Below are positions 1-12,797 of a DNA stretch of 64,000 bases, piece after piece. Source of the DNA: Macrostomum hystrix (Eukaryota > Animalia > Platyhelminthes). A model generated the notes under the pieces. It had not been told where the DNA came from. It saw only the letters and a program-made list of their open reading frames with translations, and made no database searches. Location: NCBI GenBank assembly GCA_950097015.1, contig CATNEN010000003.1, forward strand, positions 2,108,001 through 2,172,000. Reading direction: 5' to 3'. Positions within the stretch are counted from its first letter, which is position 1. Each line of letters begins with the position of its first letter. A program made the translations under genes and the position numbers.

Positions 1-98
1 AATTAAATGAATGTAGATCCTAACTAAATGAATGTACATCCGAATGAATGAATGTACATCCAACTGAATGAATGTACATCCAACTGAATGAATGTACA
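1..98. repeat. 20-bp tandem repeat (AACTGAATGAATGTACATCC-like), intronic
   Basis: About 5 degenerate copies are visible directly upstream of the splice acceptor at 139-140. Confidence 0.8.
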
Positions 99-140
99 TT
101 TTGCCCACCCACCCCACGTAATCTCCTCTCCTTCACCCAG

Positions 141-438
141 TTGGGGCGTCACGCCCTACCAGGAGGCCCTGCGATTCAACCACGCCGACGTTGTGAAGGT
201 GTTCAAGCAGCACATGTCCGAGGATGAGGTCGACGAGATGGACCGCAGTCTGCAGGCAGTCGAATTGGCGCCGGGTCTCAAGCAGAGCACTCAGCAGCAG
301 CCGCAGCAGCCGCAACCGCTGCAAGGCTCGCGAGCTGCCGCCGCGGCCAGGTCCGGAAGGAAGGCGGCAGCGCTCGGTCCAGCTGCAGCCGACCTGGAGA
401 ACGGACCTCCAGTCGACATGAAGCCAGTCAAAGAGTGA
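141..438 (+). CDS. Terminal coding exon of an ankyrin-repeat protein resembling the glutaminase C-terminus
   Basis: A pyrimidine tract and CAG acceptor end at 140. The peptide WGVTPYQEALRFNHADVVKVFK resembles the last ankyrin repeat of metazoan glutaminases (DRWGxTPxxxAxxFxHxxVVxxL). It is followed by a low-complexity tail, TGA at 436-438 and AT-rich 3' sequence. Confidence 0.6.
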
Positions 439-2278
439 TGGATTTATTACAGTCGCTGATTTTTTTGTTTGCCTTCAAAGTCAAAGAGACTGCAAGAGAA
501 AAAAGCGGAACTTATTTTTATGCCAGTCGCCTACATAACGCTTCAAAAAACAATAATGGGTGCTCAAATGAGACTCAAATTCTGTGTTTTTTTAGCGCAC
601 GAGTTGGCTTATAATTAATTTTGTTTAAAATACTGTGCAAAAAGTTCAAGTGGAGCATGAATGAGATGCTTAGCTTTAGCTTAGTAAGTGAAAACTAAAT
701 AAATTGTTTTGTTTGAACTTTTACGATTCTTGGAATTTTTCGAGTTAAACAAAATATATTTATTATAGTTTAATTAAGTAGCATCGATTACTAATGAAAA
801 GAAATATAAGGCTTTGTTGTGGCACATTTAATTTAATGGTAATTATAAAATATTAAGTCACTGGTCCAAAAAGGTTTTTCGTTGGAACAAAATTCTCTTT
901 AATCACTTTCATGCTCCTGGAATGCTGGCTTCACCTTGTTATTTTTACCTGTCACAGTCGTTTCGATCTACTAATAGTAACAATGAACGGAATTTATCTT
1001 CTTAATTCCAAAAATGCTTTAATTCTTCAAGTCCACCCTTGAGTAAAATATTAGTTTCCTGGCTCTTGTAACCTACCCTAACCTAGAAAAGTTGACCAGC
1101 TTTGATTAATTCTTGCCTTTTTAAAATGTAACTTTGCCTCAATTTTCATAGTCCTAAAATTTGACTTAATGCCTATAATTCATCGACTTATATTTGTTAT
1201 ATTTATTTACCTAGTAGATTTAGTAAAGTTCTATTAGTTAAAAATATTACCAGCAAGTTTTCTTTACGACTAGATAACTTAATATGAACAATTTTCTGTT
1301 GAAATCGTGATTTTCTGGAAGATATCTATTTTTATGTGTTTTGTTGTCATTCTCACAGATTAGTTCGGAAATGGTGGCTTACTGTTAGTGTTGCCCCTGT
1401 TCATAAATTTCTCACACAATCAAGCCTTGATTTAAATCATATTTAATTAGTTATTCCTACAAACTCATGCATCGCATATGCAATTGCAGATACCTTAAAC
1501 CCACATTCACAAACCAGTCTAGACACTGCTTGGTGTGCTTACTATGCATACAGTGATGCTTTGCCAATCTGCCCATGTACTACCAACTAACACTGCTGAA
1601 TTCTGCTAATAATTTTCTCATCTTAGAAACCTGTCATCTCGATAGCCTCATACTTGCTTAGAAACCTTATGCCGTTAGGTATTTAAATCATTTTTTAATT
1701 GGTCAGGATTTGTCTTTTTAACTAAACGATCATTTGTTTAATCGTGCCATGCTTCATTATTCGAATTACATAATTCATTATTCACCTGCATCGACTGTAA
1801 AACAACAGAACACGAGTAATAACATTTTTTCTCCGGCATGAATATCTGGAACCAGCTAACATTTTAGCGTCTTTTCTGTACGCAGTTCAAAAAAAGCACA
1901 GAAAAAATGGGGTTAAATAGTCAGCATGTGTGGGGTGGCTAGATAAGAGAGGCCAAAACGGATCGATAATTAATAAGAATGTACATGTAGAACATGTACA
2001 TCGTTTGCGGCATTTTAACTTGCCTAAGCTTTTAGACAAAAAACCATCTCAGAGTTTTACTCACTTAGAGCTCACTTAGGCGAGACCCTATCCTGCTTGT
2101 CATAGTTTCGGCCACAGATATAATTTTACTGATGTTATAACAAGGGAGAGATAATATTCCTCGTCAACCAAAAGCATCTAACTATATTAAATTGTGAGAA
2201 ATTAATTCATCCTCGATTCAAGAAAACAATCACTGAAGGTATCGTCATAGAAATTGAAGGATTATTTTATTATTGAGG

Positions 2279-2727
2279 AGTAGTAGGGCGAATTATGACA
2301 CTGCCGCATTAGCACTGGGGAGATAGGAAAGCAATGTAAAAGGATAGGAGCGGGGCCTACACAGTGGAGATATGCAGGCCAATCAGGTGGGTTTGTGCAG
2401 GAGCCCATTACTGTGCTTATGACACTGCCGCATTAGCACTGGGGAGATAGGAAAGCAATGTAAAATGATAGGAAGGAAACGAATGCACTGCAGAGATAAG
2501 AGAAATGGCTGGCCTATCTCTGTGCATTAGGGATGGATTAACACTGCAGGGATAGGAAGAGAGGCCGGCCTATCTCTTTGCGCTGGGTGATTAACACAGC
2601 AGAGATAGGAGTAGAGGGGGGTGGGGGGGTGTGGGGGCGAAGCCCCCACATTTTAATTAGCCTTTAATTTTCTTGGTCACTCTGCCTCTGACAAACGGAA
2701 CTCGCTGGCGCTGGCCCATTTAACCTC
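2279..2727 (+). repeat. Polinton left terminal inverted repeat (449 bp)
   Basis: It is the reverse complement of 18142-18590. The only mismatch I saw by eye is in the G-tract near 2624. Confidence 0.95.
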
Positions 2728-2940
2728 CAAGCAGCTGCACTGAGAGAACGTTAAATGCTACCTTGATGTCTGCGATGCAGGTCATTGCAAGGTCCTGCCT
2801 TGCTGGTCTATCTCTCTCTTTGCATTGGGGGTGGGTTAACACTGCAGGGATAGGAAGAGAGGGTCCGCCTATCATTTGGCACTGCAAATGCTAAATGGTT
2901 AAGGCTTACCGAATCATAATCAGATGTATGGGATGTTACG

Positions 2941-3158
2941 ACACTGCCGCACTTGCACAGAAAGTGCAGGAGCCCATTGCTGTGCCTATGACACTGCCGC
3001 ACTTGCACAGAAAGTGCAGGAGCCCATTGCTGTGCCTATGACACTGCCGCACTTGCACAGAAAGTGCAGGAGCCCATTGCTGTGCCTATGACACTGCCGC
3101 ACTTGCACAGAAAGTGCAGGAGCCCATTGCTGTGCCTATGACACTGCCGCACTTGCAG
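2941..3158. repeat. 50-bp subterminal tandem repeat (about 4.4 copies)
   Basis: The unit ACACTGCCGCACTTGCACAGAAAGTGCAGGAGCCCATTGCTGTGCCTATG starts at 2941, 2991, 3041, 3091 and 3141 (partial). It is related to motifs inside the TIR. Confidence 0.9.
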
Positions 3159-3762
3159 AGATATTAAAGAGTGAAGGGAGGCAGACTAACATAACTTATT
3201 GTCACTGGGAATATATGGGTCGTATTCAGAGAAAAAGTGAACAGAGTGGGTAGAATATGCTCACAAAAGCTATTGGAAATAGTGCTGCAAAGTTTTTACT
3301 AATCTCTATTATGCATTTGTTCGCGAATTCTTAACAAATAGCATTTGCTACGCTTCTGCATAAGGTTGGATCTATTTAGCCTAATTGAAAACAAGGCCTG
3401 CTATTTGTGAAAAGGAAACTGAACAATAAGCCCACACCTCCAAGTTAAGGAGCTGTTGCTAGGTTCAGCCGTGGTTGCCTACCTGCTTGTGCGCCCCAAT
3501 TAAGTTGTAAACTGAATTAGAGGTCGAGGTCGGCGCGAGACAGTCATAAAATTCACAAACCCCATGCTCACACTGACCGCTCAATAATATGGAAGCCGGG
3601 AATAGATAACGCTGACCGTTGATCAAAATGCTGCATGGGAAATGGGTCTGTATTGCAAACCAGGGCAGTGGTCTGGGTACATAAGCACCCAAATCCAACG
3701 CTTCTGCTGCGATTTATTAGTCTAGTTTAACAAGCAAAAATTAATTTTTGAAAATAAATATA

Positions 3763-4635
3763 ATGGCATCCACTTGGCACTATGAGGTGTGCACTGACTG
3801 CAAGAAGTGCAAGCAAGGAGGACTGCAGGCCGACCGGCATTCAAGATGCACCAATCTTTCAAGATGGACAGTCTGCTGGCAGTGCTCCGAAATAGCTCCT
3901 TTCCGTGGACTTGGCAAATGCTCAAAAAACTCCAAGATCAATCGGCACCGCGGGCATCAGCTGCTGCCTGGCAACGAAGAAGCAGCGCGCTCTTTCCGCC
4001 GATTAGTTATGGCTGCGGCAAAGCAACAGGCTACTGAGGTGGTCGCTGCTAAGCAACGGTCCAATGTACTGAGTCAGGTGATCAATGGCATTATTAGACC
4101 AAGGGCACCCAGAAGTGAGAGTGTTAGCTCTGGGGAGGACTTCGTTGCGCCCGCCATGACGACGAGTCAGCGTCCACCTGACAGGGACGGCCCTAGCACC
4201 AGCGGAGACCTTGACGTGGTGACTGGAGCTGCTGCAGCAGTCACTGCTCGCGTGCCGGCAATCAGAGGAAAGCAGATGTTAGTTCAGCCTGACAGTCCAA
4301 TGATCGAAGAAGAAGGCAGCGATATGGACATTGAGTCTGTCGGCAATGCTATTGCCACTCCGCTCGCCGAAGCCTTGACTCCTGATGCTCCAGCTGCTTT
4401 GGCTGCGGTTCCAGCCGTCTCCACCGCTGAAGCTGGCTCGGTTGCACGGGACGAGCTGGCCGAACTGCTAGCGGAAATAGAAGTGCCGACAGTCAGCATT
4501 CCAGAAGACAACATTATCAACGGTGGTAATGCGATTTCAAGTGCTCTTACTGTAAATCTGCTGCTACCATACGTAACCGGGGCTGGCTACGTTGTTGTGC
4601 TTGATGGCAACAAAATTACTGTCACACCAGTCTAA
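3763..4635 (+). CDS. Polinton accessory protein of unknown function; Cys/His-rich N-terminus and acidic Ala-rich C-terminus
   Basis: This is a 290-codon ORF from the first ATG at 3763, with coding-like composition. It contains CTDCKKC...HSRC...CWQC...C...H, a putative Zn-binding cluster. Confidence 0.65.
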   Translation: MASTWHYEVCTDCKKCKQGGLQADRHSRCTNLSRWTVCWQCSEIAPFRGLGKCSKNSKINRHRGHQLLPGNEEAARSFRRLVMAAAKQQATEVVAAKQRSNVLSQVINGIIRPRAPRSESVSSGEDFVAPAMTTSQRPPDRDGPSTSGDLDVVTGAAAAVTARVPAIRGKQMLVQPDSPMIEEEGSDMDIESVGNAIATPLAEALTPDAPAALAAVPAVSTAEAGSVARDELAELLAEIEVPTVSIPEDNIINGGNAISSALTVNLLLPYVTGAGYVVVLDGNKITVTPV

Positions 4636-6540
4636 ATTTAATGCCATTTTTTGTCTTTATTTCGACTTTAAACTTGATCTCGCGCCACTTGCGCAATCTG
4701 TTTCTCAATGTCAATCTTTCACACCTGAGCCTGCGCCAGCGTAGACTGCGAAGAATGAAAGAAAATGCGTTTTAAAGCTTTTTAAAATTTTTGAATTTCA
4801 AAAAGGCTTTTAGAAAAGATGAAGGGGGGGCATGACAAAATATGTCAATATAAAGGTTAGATGTGGTTAGATCATGACTGGTGAAGGAATGTGCAACCGA
4901 ATTGTCAGCTAATTCTGCTCTATAACTGTACTGCTTTATCTTCAGTTGCATTTTCCCCTGACTTTCAGTATGGCTTAAAAACATCCTGCTCGTTATGCAT
5001 GCGTTACTGAATTGGTTTTCTGGCTATGATTGCTCGTTCTGTATTAATGCAACTTGTTAAAATAAACGATCCAATTAAGCTTACATCTTTGGAAAAATAA
5101 ATAACAAAGCATACTTGCTTCTTCTTTGTGCTAAGTTTTACTCTATCACACACAGGCAGACTCTAGTGATTAATCGATGATGCAAAATTTAGGAGGAAAA
5201 TATCCAACTATACTAAATCTCTAAAGTCTGTCTGTCTGTCTGTCTGTGGAATTTCGATACACAGGCTAAATGCCTCAACCAAATTTGATCGCGTTTTTTG
5301 CTAAACATGCCAAATTTTACTGGCATGAGACCTTGAAAATTTCGTTAGTCTGCTTCAATGCTAACAATATTAAATATTCGAAAAACGAGTTTTCCTATTG
5401 CTTTTAATAGGAGGCCAAACAAGGTTAAATTAGAATAGGGCCGGACACTGTCAGCTTTATTAGATTGCATCGGTGCTTTTTCTCGCCCGCGCGTGCATTG
5501 GTATAGCACTGAACAGGGCCCGATACTCTCAATTGAATAGGGTTGCGTCACTGCTTTTCGACCCGTACGTACGTTTATAAATTTGTCTCTTGGCTGATCG
5601 AGTGATTTGATTTAAATACGCAAACCGTACATAGCAGATTTCATGATTGGGCTTTTATGATGCTCAATGCTAGCGAGACCTCTCCTCCTCCTTTCTATCC
5701 ATAAAACTGCAGCCTTTCTATTGTCAAACCTTGTCTCGACTTCGATCATTGTGCCGCTTTCTTTTCATCTAGCTCCGAAGTAAAGTACTTTAATGCTTTT
5801 GTAGAATGCAGGTAGAATTTCAGCATCGGTTTTGTTACTGCTTCTTTTTCTTTTAATTTTCTAATCATCAGCAGTAAAAAAACGTAAGCTCCTGTTTATT
5901 AGTATTTTTTGGGCATTTTTGGGTTCGAGTATAAATACGAGTAAGTAAGTAAGCGATTTTGGTTAGCTACTGTCGAAGCAGATATTTGTTAGCTTTATTA
6001 TTCCTGTACTCGCTTTCAGAAAATAGTATTCGTTTTAGAGTAAAGCAGCAAGTTTTATTCGATAATAAAACTTAGGAAATATTTTTGTGCATAGCTGCAG
6101 GCGTTATCACAATTGAGAACTGCAAGAAAAAATATTGAGCGCAGCTAAGAGCGTAAATTATTTCAAATTTTTCTTTTTTTGAGCATTGTTTTAAGCGTTA
6201 TTCGATCAAAAAAAATAGCTTATTTAATAATAATAATTATAAAACTTTATTCGACGAACACTGATCGAAACCGTTTTCTAAAGTGCTCAACGATTTTCTA
6301 AATGTCTTTAACAGTTTTCTAAATGTATCTACAGTGCCACATGTAACAGGAGATGTAACAGGAGATATTTGTTGCCTTCTGGGCTGAGTAAAACGATGGA
6401 GACATCGTTTCTAGGCTATTTGGGGGCAATGGTTTCCTGTCAAAGAAAAAGTGCAAAAATTTCTTTCTGCGAGTTTGGTAGCCTGCAAGTAGCCTCCATT
6501 CTGGTATTATGGAGGTTCTCTTCTGTTTGGAGAACATTAG

Positions 6541-6706
6541 TTCTCTGCTGCTGGGGGAATTATTTCTCTGCTGCTGGGGGAATTAGTTCTCTGCTGCTGG
6601 GGAAATTAGTTCTCTGCTGCTGGGGGAATTAGTTCTCTGCTGCTGGGGGAATTAGTTCTCTGCTGCTGGGGAAATTAGTTCTCTGCTGCTGGGGAAATTA
6701 GTTCTC
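6541..6706. repeat. 23-bp minisatellite TTCTCTGCTGCTGGGGGAATTAG (about 7 copies)
   Basis: Read directly from the sequence. Confidence 0.9.
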
Positions 6707-7040
6707 ATGGCAAAACCAGCGTTTGAATCATGGCTAAACTAGAGTTTGAATCATGGCTAAACTAGAGTTTGAATCATGGCTAAACCAGAGTTTGAATCAT
6801 GGCTAAACTAGAGTTTGAATCATGGCTAAACCAGAGTCTGAATCATGGCTAAACCAGAGTCTGAATCATGGCTAAATTTACGTTTGAATCATGGCTAAAC
6901 CACAGTTTGAATCATGGCTAAACCAGAGTTTGAATCATGGCTAAACCAGCGTTTGAATCATGGCCAACCAGCGTCTGAATCATGGCTAAACCAGAGTTTA
7001 TATCGTGGCTAAACCAGAGTTTGAATCAAAGCCAAACCAG
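6707..7040. repeat. 23-bp satellite AATCATGGCTAAACCAGAGTTTG (short array)
   Basis: Read directly; same unit as 8210-11335 and 33205-33753. Confidence 0.9.
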
Positions 7041-7532
7041 AACTGGGGGATAATCGTCAACTGTGGGATAATTGTAAACTGGGGAATCATCATCAAATGG
7101 GGGATCATGGTCAACTGGGAGATCATTGTCAACTGGGTGATCATCATCAACTGGGGGATCATTGTCAACTAGGGGGTAATAGCCAACTGGGGTAACATTG
7201 TCAACTGGGGATCATCATCATTGGGGGATCATAGTCAACTGGGAGATAATTGTCAACTGGGTGATCATCATCAACTGGGGGATCATTGTAACCTGGGGGA
7301 TCAATGTCAACTGGGGGATCATTGTCAACTGGGTGATCATCTTCAACTGGTGGATCATCATCAACTGGGGGATCATTGTCAACTGTGGGATCATTGTCAA
7401 CTTGGGGAACATTGTCAACTGGGGGATCATCATCAACTGGGGGATCATTGTCAACTGGGGGACCATTGTCAACTGGGGGATCATTGTCCCAGATCATTGT
7501 CAACTGGGGGATCATTGTCAACTGATCATTGT
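7041..7532. repeat. 18-bp satellite GGGGGATCATTGTCAACT
   Basis: Read directly; it is the source of the LGDHCQ/WGIIVN pseudo-ORFs. Confidence 0.9.
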
Positions 7533-8209
7533 AGCGTAAAAAAGGCTAAAAACACAGCTGCTAAAAAGTGCATACTGGACGAATTAAAAATATTTCTGCT
7601 CCCCGAAGGGGGGCAAAACTTGCTAGTCCACTATACTAAAAATGAAATGCTTGCTTGCTTGCTTGCTTGCTTGTAATTGATTTTCTTCCGAACGGCTCAA
7701 CCGATTTTCACCATTTCTTCACCAAAAGATGCTAAATATGGGGACAATTGTACACGTATTTTTATTAAGCTTAACTTTATTGCTAAGGGGATTAAATATT
7801 CGAAAAACATGATTTTTCAAAGGTCAAATTCAAAGGTCAAACCACTCACTGCCACTGAATTAGAATTGCATCGTCAAATTGCGCAACAACCCCTAGCTGA
7901 TTGAATTTGAAGCCTGCACTCTGGAGACAAATTGGAAATAAATGTACACAACCAACCGCGAGACTGAGTGTACTCTATTTTCTTACTTCATTGTACAAAG
8001 CCAGAACTTTGAGAATTCATTTTATAAGGCTGATTTCTGCACCCACTAACCAACAGTCGGAATAGCCGATGTGTTAGGCACTAGGAATAAGTTAGGCTAG
8101 GCTAGGGTTCGATTCTGCACTGCGTCAAATCATTTAGACTAATTTTCAGCCAGTAGTGATTGAAGATTATTTTGATTTATTTTTTTCATTTCGTAAATAA
8201 AATATCATA

Positions 8210-11200
8210 AATCATAGCAAACCTGAATTTGAATCATGGCAAAAATAGAGCTTGAATCATGGCTAAACCAGCGTCTGAATCATGGCTAAACCAGAGTCTG
8301 AATCATTGCTAAACCAGAGTTTGAATCATGGCTAAACCAGAGTTTGAATCATGGCTAAACCAGAGTTTGAATCATGGCTAAACCAGAGTTTGAATCATGG
8401 CTAAACCAGAGTCTGAATCATGGCTAAACCAGAGTTTGAATCATGGCTAAACCAGAGTCTGAATCATGGCTTAACCAGAGTTTGAATCATGGCTAAACCA
8501 GAGTTTGAATCATGGCTAAACCAGAGTCTGAATCATGGCTAAACCAGCGTCTGAATCATGGCTAAACCAGAGTTTGAATCATGGCTAAACCAGAGTCTGA
8601 ATCATGGCTTAACTAGAGTTTGAATCATGGCTAAACCAGAGTCTGAATCATGGCTAAACCAGCGTCTGAATCATGGCTAAAGCAGAGTTTGAATCATGGC
8701 TAAACCAGAGTCTGAATCATGGCTTAACCAGAGTTTGAATCATGGCTAAACCAGAGTTTGAATCATGGCTAAACCAGAGTTTGAATCATGGCTAAACCAG
8801 AGTTTGAATCATGGCTAAACCAGAGTTTGAGTCATGGCTAAACCAGAGTCTGAATCATGGCTAAACCAACGTTTGAATCATGGCTAACCTAGAGTCTGAA
8901 TCATGGCTAAACCATAGTCTGAATCATTGCTAAAATAGAGTCTGAATCATGGCTAAACCAGAGTCTGAATCATGGCTAAACCAGAGTCTGAATCATGGCT
9001 AAACTAGAGTCTGAATCATGGCTAAACCAGAGTCTGAATCATGGCTAAACTAGAGTCTGAATCATGGCTAAACCAGAGTTTGAACCATGGCTAAACCAGA
9101 GTTTGAATCATGGCTAAACCAGCGTCTGAATCATGGCTAAACCAGCGTCTGAATCATGGCTAAACCAGAGTTTGAATCATGGCTAAACCAGAGTTTGAAT
9201 ATTGGCAACACCAGAGTTTGAATCATGGCTAAACCAGCGTCTGAATCATGGCTAAACCAGAGTTTGAATCATGGCTAAACCAGAGACTAAATGATGGCTA
9301 AACCATCATCATCAGCATGGCTAAACTAGAGTTTGAATCATGGCTAAACCATCATCATCAGCATGGCTAAACTAGAGTTTGAATCATGGCTAAACCAGAG
9401 TTTGAATAATGGCTACACCAGAGTTTGAATCATGGCTAAACCAGATCTTGAATCATGGCTAAACTAGAGTTTGAATCATGGCTAAACCAGAGTCTGAATC
9501 ATGGCTAAACCAGCGTCTGAATCATGGCTAAAGCAGAGTTTGAATCATGGCTAAACCAGAGTCTGAATCATGGCTTAACCAGAGTTTGAATCATGGCTAA
9601 ACCAGAGTTTGAATCATGGCTAAACCAGAGTTTGAATCATGGCTAAACCAGATCTTGAATCATGGCTAAACTAGAGTTTGAATCATGGCTAAACCAGAGT
9701 CTGAATCATGGCTAAACCAGCGTCTGAATCATGGCTAAAGCAGAGTTTGAATCATGGCTAAACCAGAGTCTGAATCATGGCTTAACCAGAGTTTGAATCA
9801 TGGCTAAACCAGAGTTTGAATCATGGCTAAACCAGAGTTTGAATCATGGCTAAACCAGATCTTGAATCATGGCTAAACTAGAGTTTGAATCTTGGCTAAA
9901 CCAGAGTCTGAATCATGGCTAAACCAGCGTCTGAATCATGGCTAAAGCAGAGTTTGAATCATGGCTAAACCAGAGTCTGAATCATGGCTAAACCAGAGTC
10001 TGAATCATGGCTAAACCAGAGTTTGAATCATGGCTAAACCAGAGTTTGAATCATGGCTTAACCAGAGTTTGAATCATGGCTAAACCAGAGTTTGAATCAT
10101 GGCTAAACCAGAGTCAAAATCATGGCTAAACCAGAGTTTGAATCATGGCTAAACCAGAGTCAAAATCATGGCTAAACCAGAGTTTGAATCATGGCTAAAC
10201 CAGAGTTTGAGTCATGGCTAAACCAGAGTCTGAATCATGGCTAAACCAACGTTTGAATCATGGCTAACCTAGAGTCTGAATCATGGCTAAACCATAGTCT
10301 GAATCATTGCTAAAATAGAGTCTGAATCATGGCTAATCCAGAGTTTGAATCATGGCTAAACCAGATCTTGAATCATGGCTAAACTAGAGTTTGAATCTTG
10401 GCTAAACCAGAGTCTGAATCATGGCTAAACCAGCGTCTGAATCATGGCTAAAGCAGAGTTTGAATCATGGCTAAACCAGAGTCTGAATCATGGCTAAACC
10501 AGAGTCTGAATCATGGCTAAACCAGAGTTTGAATCATGGCTAAACCAGAGTTTGAATCATGGCTAAACCAGAGTCTGAATCATGGCTAAACTAGAGTCTG
10601 AATCATGGCTAAACCAGAGTCTGAATCATGGCTAAACTAGAGTCTGAATCATGGCTAAACCAGAGTTTGAACCATGGCTAAACCAGAGTTTGAATCATGG
10701 CTAAACCAGCGTCTGAATCATGGCTAAACCAGCGTCTGAATCATGGCTAAACCAGAGTTTGAATCATGGCTAAACCAGAGTTTGAATATTGGCAACACCA
10801 GAGTTTGAATCATGGCTAAACCAGCGTCTGAATCATGGCTAAACCAGAGTTTGAATCATGGCTAAACCAGAGACTAAATCATGGCTAAACCATCATCATC
10901 AGCATGGCTAAACTAGAGTTTGAATCATGGCTAAACCATCATCATCAGCATGGCTAAACTAGAGTTTGAATCATGGCTAAACCAGAGTTTGAATAATGGC
11001 TACACCAGAGTTTGAATCATGGCTAAACCAGAGTCTGAATCATGGCTAAACTAGAGTTTGAATCATGGCTAAACCAGAGTTTGAATAATGGCTACACCAG
11101 AGTTTGAATCATGGCTAAACCAGAGTCTGAATCATGGCTAAACCAGAGTTTGAATCTTGGCTAAACCAGAGTTTCAATCATGGCTAACCCAGCGTTTGAA

Positions 11201-11335
11201 TCATGGCTAAACCAGAGTTTGAATCATAGCCAACCAGAGTCTGAATCATGGCAAAACGAGAGTTTGAATCATAGTCCACCAGGGTTTAAAACATGGCGAA
11301 ACCTGAGTTTGAATCTTGGCTAACCCAGCGTTTGA
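8210..11335. repeat. Large 23-bp satellite array (about 135 units) with higher-order structure
   Basis: The unit is AATCATGGCTAAACCAGAGT(T/C)TG. Diagnostic variants recur at offsets that are multiples of 23. Confidence 0.95.
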
Positions 11336-11344
11336 AAAATCAAC

Positions 11345-12600
11345 GTCAACTGGGGAGTCATCATCAAAATGGGGATCATGGTGAACTGGGGGATCATGGT
11401 AAACTGGGGGATAATTGTCGACTGGGGGATCATTGTCAACTGGGGGATCATTGTCAACTTGGGGATCATTGTCAACTGGGGGATCATTGTCAACTGGGGG
11501 ATCATTGTCAAATGGGGGATCATTGTCAACTGGGGGATCTTTGTCAACTGGGGGTTCATTGTCAACTGGGGGTTCATTGTCAACTGGGGGATCATTGTCA
11601 ACTGGGGGATCATTGTGAACTGAGAGATCATTGTCAACTGGGGGGTAATGGTCAACTGGGGGATAATTGTCAACTGGGGAATCATCATCAACTGGGGATC
11701 ATCATCAACTGGGGGATCATTGAGAACTGGGGGATCTTTGTCAACTGGGGGATCATTGTGAACTGGGGGATCTTTGTCAACTGGGGGATCATTGTATACT
11801 GTGGGATCATTGTCAACTGGGGGATCATTGTCAACTGGGGGATCATTGTCAACTGGGGGATCGTTGTCAACTGGGGGATCATTGTCAACTGGGGGAACAT
11901 TGTCAACTGGAGGAACATTGTTAACTAGGGATCATCATCAATGGGGAGACTTCATCAACTGGGGGACCATTGTGAACTGGGGGATCATTGTGAACTGGGG
12001 GATCATTGTCAACTGGGGGATCATTCTCAACTGGGGGATCATTGTCAACTGGGGGATCATTTTCAACTGGGGGATCATCATCAACTGGAGGATCATTGTC
12101 AACTGGGGGATCATTGTCAACTGGGGGATCATTGTCAACTGGGGGATCATTGTCAACTGGGTGATCATCATCAACTGGGGGATCATTGTCAACTGGGGGA
12201 ACATTGTCAAATGGAGGAACATTGTTAACTGGGGATCATCATCAATGGGGAGACTTCATCAACTGGGGGATCATTGTGAACTGGGGGATCTTTGTTAACT
12301 GGGGGATCATTGTCAACTGGGGGATCATTGTCAACTGGGGGATCATTTTCAACTGGGGATCATCATCAACTGGGGGATCATCATCAACTGGGTGATCATT
12401 GTGAACTGGGGGATCTTTGTCAACTGGGGGATCATTGTCAACTGTGGGATCATTGTCAACTGGGGGATCATTGTCAAATGGGGGATCATTGTCAACTGTG
12501 GGATCGTTGTCAACTGGGGGTTCATTGTCAACTGGGGGTTCATTGTCAACTGGGGGATCATTGTCAACTGGGGGATCATTGTCAACTGGGGGTTCATTGT
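11345..12600. repeat. 18-bp satellite array GGGGGATCATTGTCAACT (about 70 units)
   Basis: Read directly from the sequence. Confidence 0.95.
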
Positions 12601-12744
12601 AGCTTTAAAAAGCTGTAAATTCAGCTGCTAAAAAGTATATACTAGACGAATTAAAAGTATTTCTGCTCTCCGAAGGGGGGCAAAACTTGCTAGTAGTAGT
12701 CTAAAAGACATTTCATTTTGATTGTCTGAACAGAATAGTGTGTT

Positions 12745-12797
<53 letters not shown>

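Larger units (their letters stand above)
5203..7626 (+). mobile_element. Non-autonomous Helitron 1 (satellite-bearing)
   Basis: It starts A|TCCAACTATACTAAA followed by (GTCT)n. The 3' end has the hairpin GCTCCCC-GAA-GGGGGGC followed by AAAACTTG-CTAG (7623-7626). Confidence 0.8.
7627..12693 (+). mobile_element. Non-autonomous Helitron 2, fused head-to-tail to Helitron 1
   Basis: It starts TCCACTATACTAAAA plus (GCTT)n immediately after the CTAG of Helitron 1. It has the same 3' hairpin and CTAG at 12690-12693 followed by T, so the tandem sits in an A|T target (5202|12694). Confidence 0.8.

Noticed and set aside
88-140. ATG at 88 as the start of a 116-aa protein
   Set aside because: The ATG lies in an intronic tandem repeat. 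The acceptor at 140 marks the real exon start.
8100-8120. B-box-like GGTTCGATTC inside Helitron 2
   Set aside because: It is an isolated motif without a convincing A-box or tRNA fold.
8210-11335. CRISPR-like appearance of the regular 23-bp repeats
   Set aside because: The units are contiguous with no unique spacers, there are no cas genes, and the context is eukaryotic.
7198-12631. ORFs with LGDHCQ, WGIIVN, MIPQLT or STGGSL repeats (also at 32779-33214)
   Set aside because: They are translations of an 18-bp satellite that lacks stops in several frames, and they lie inside Helitrons.
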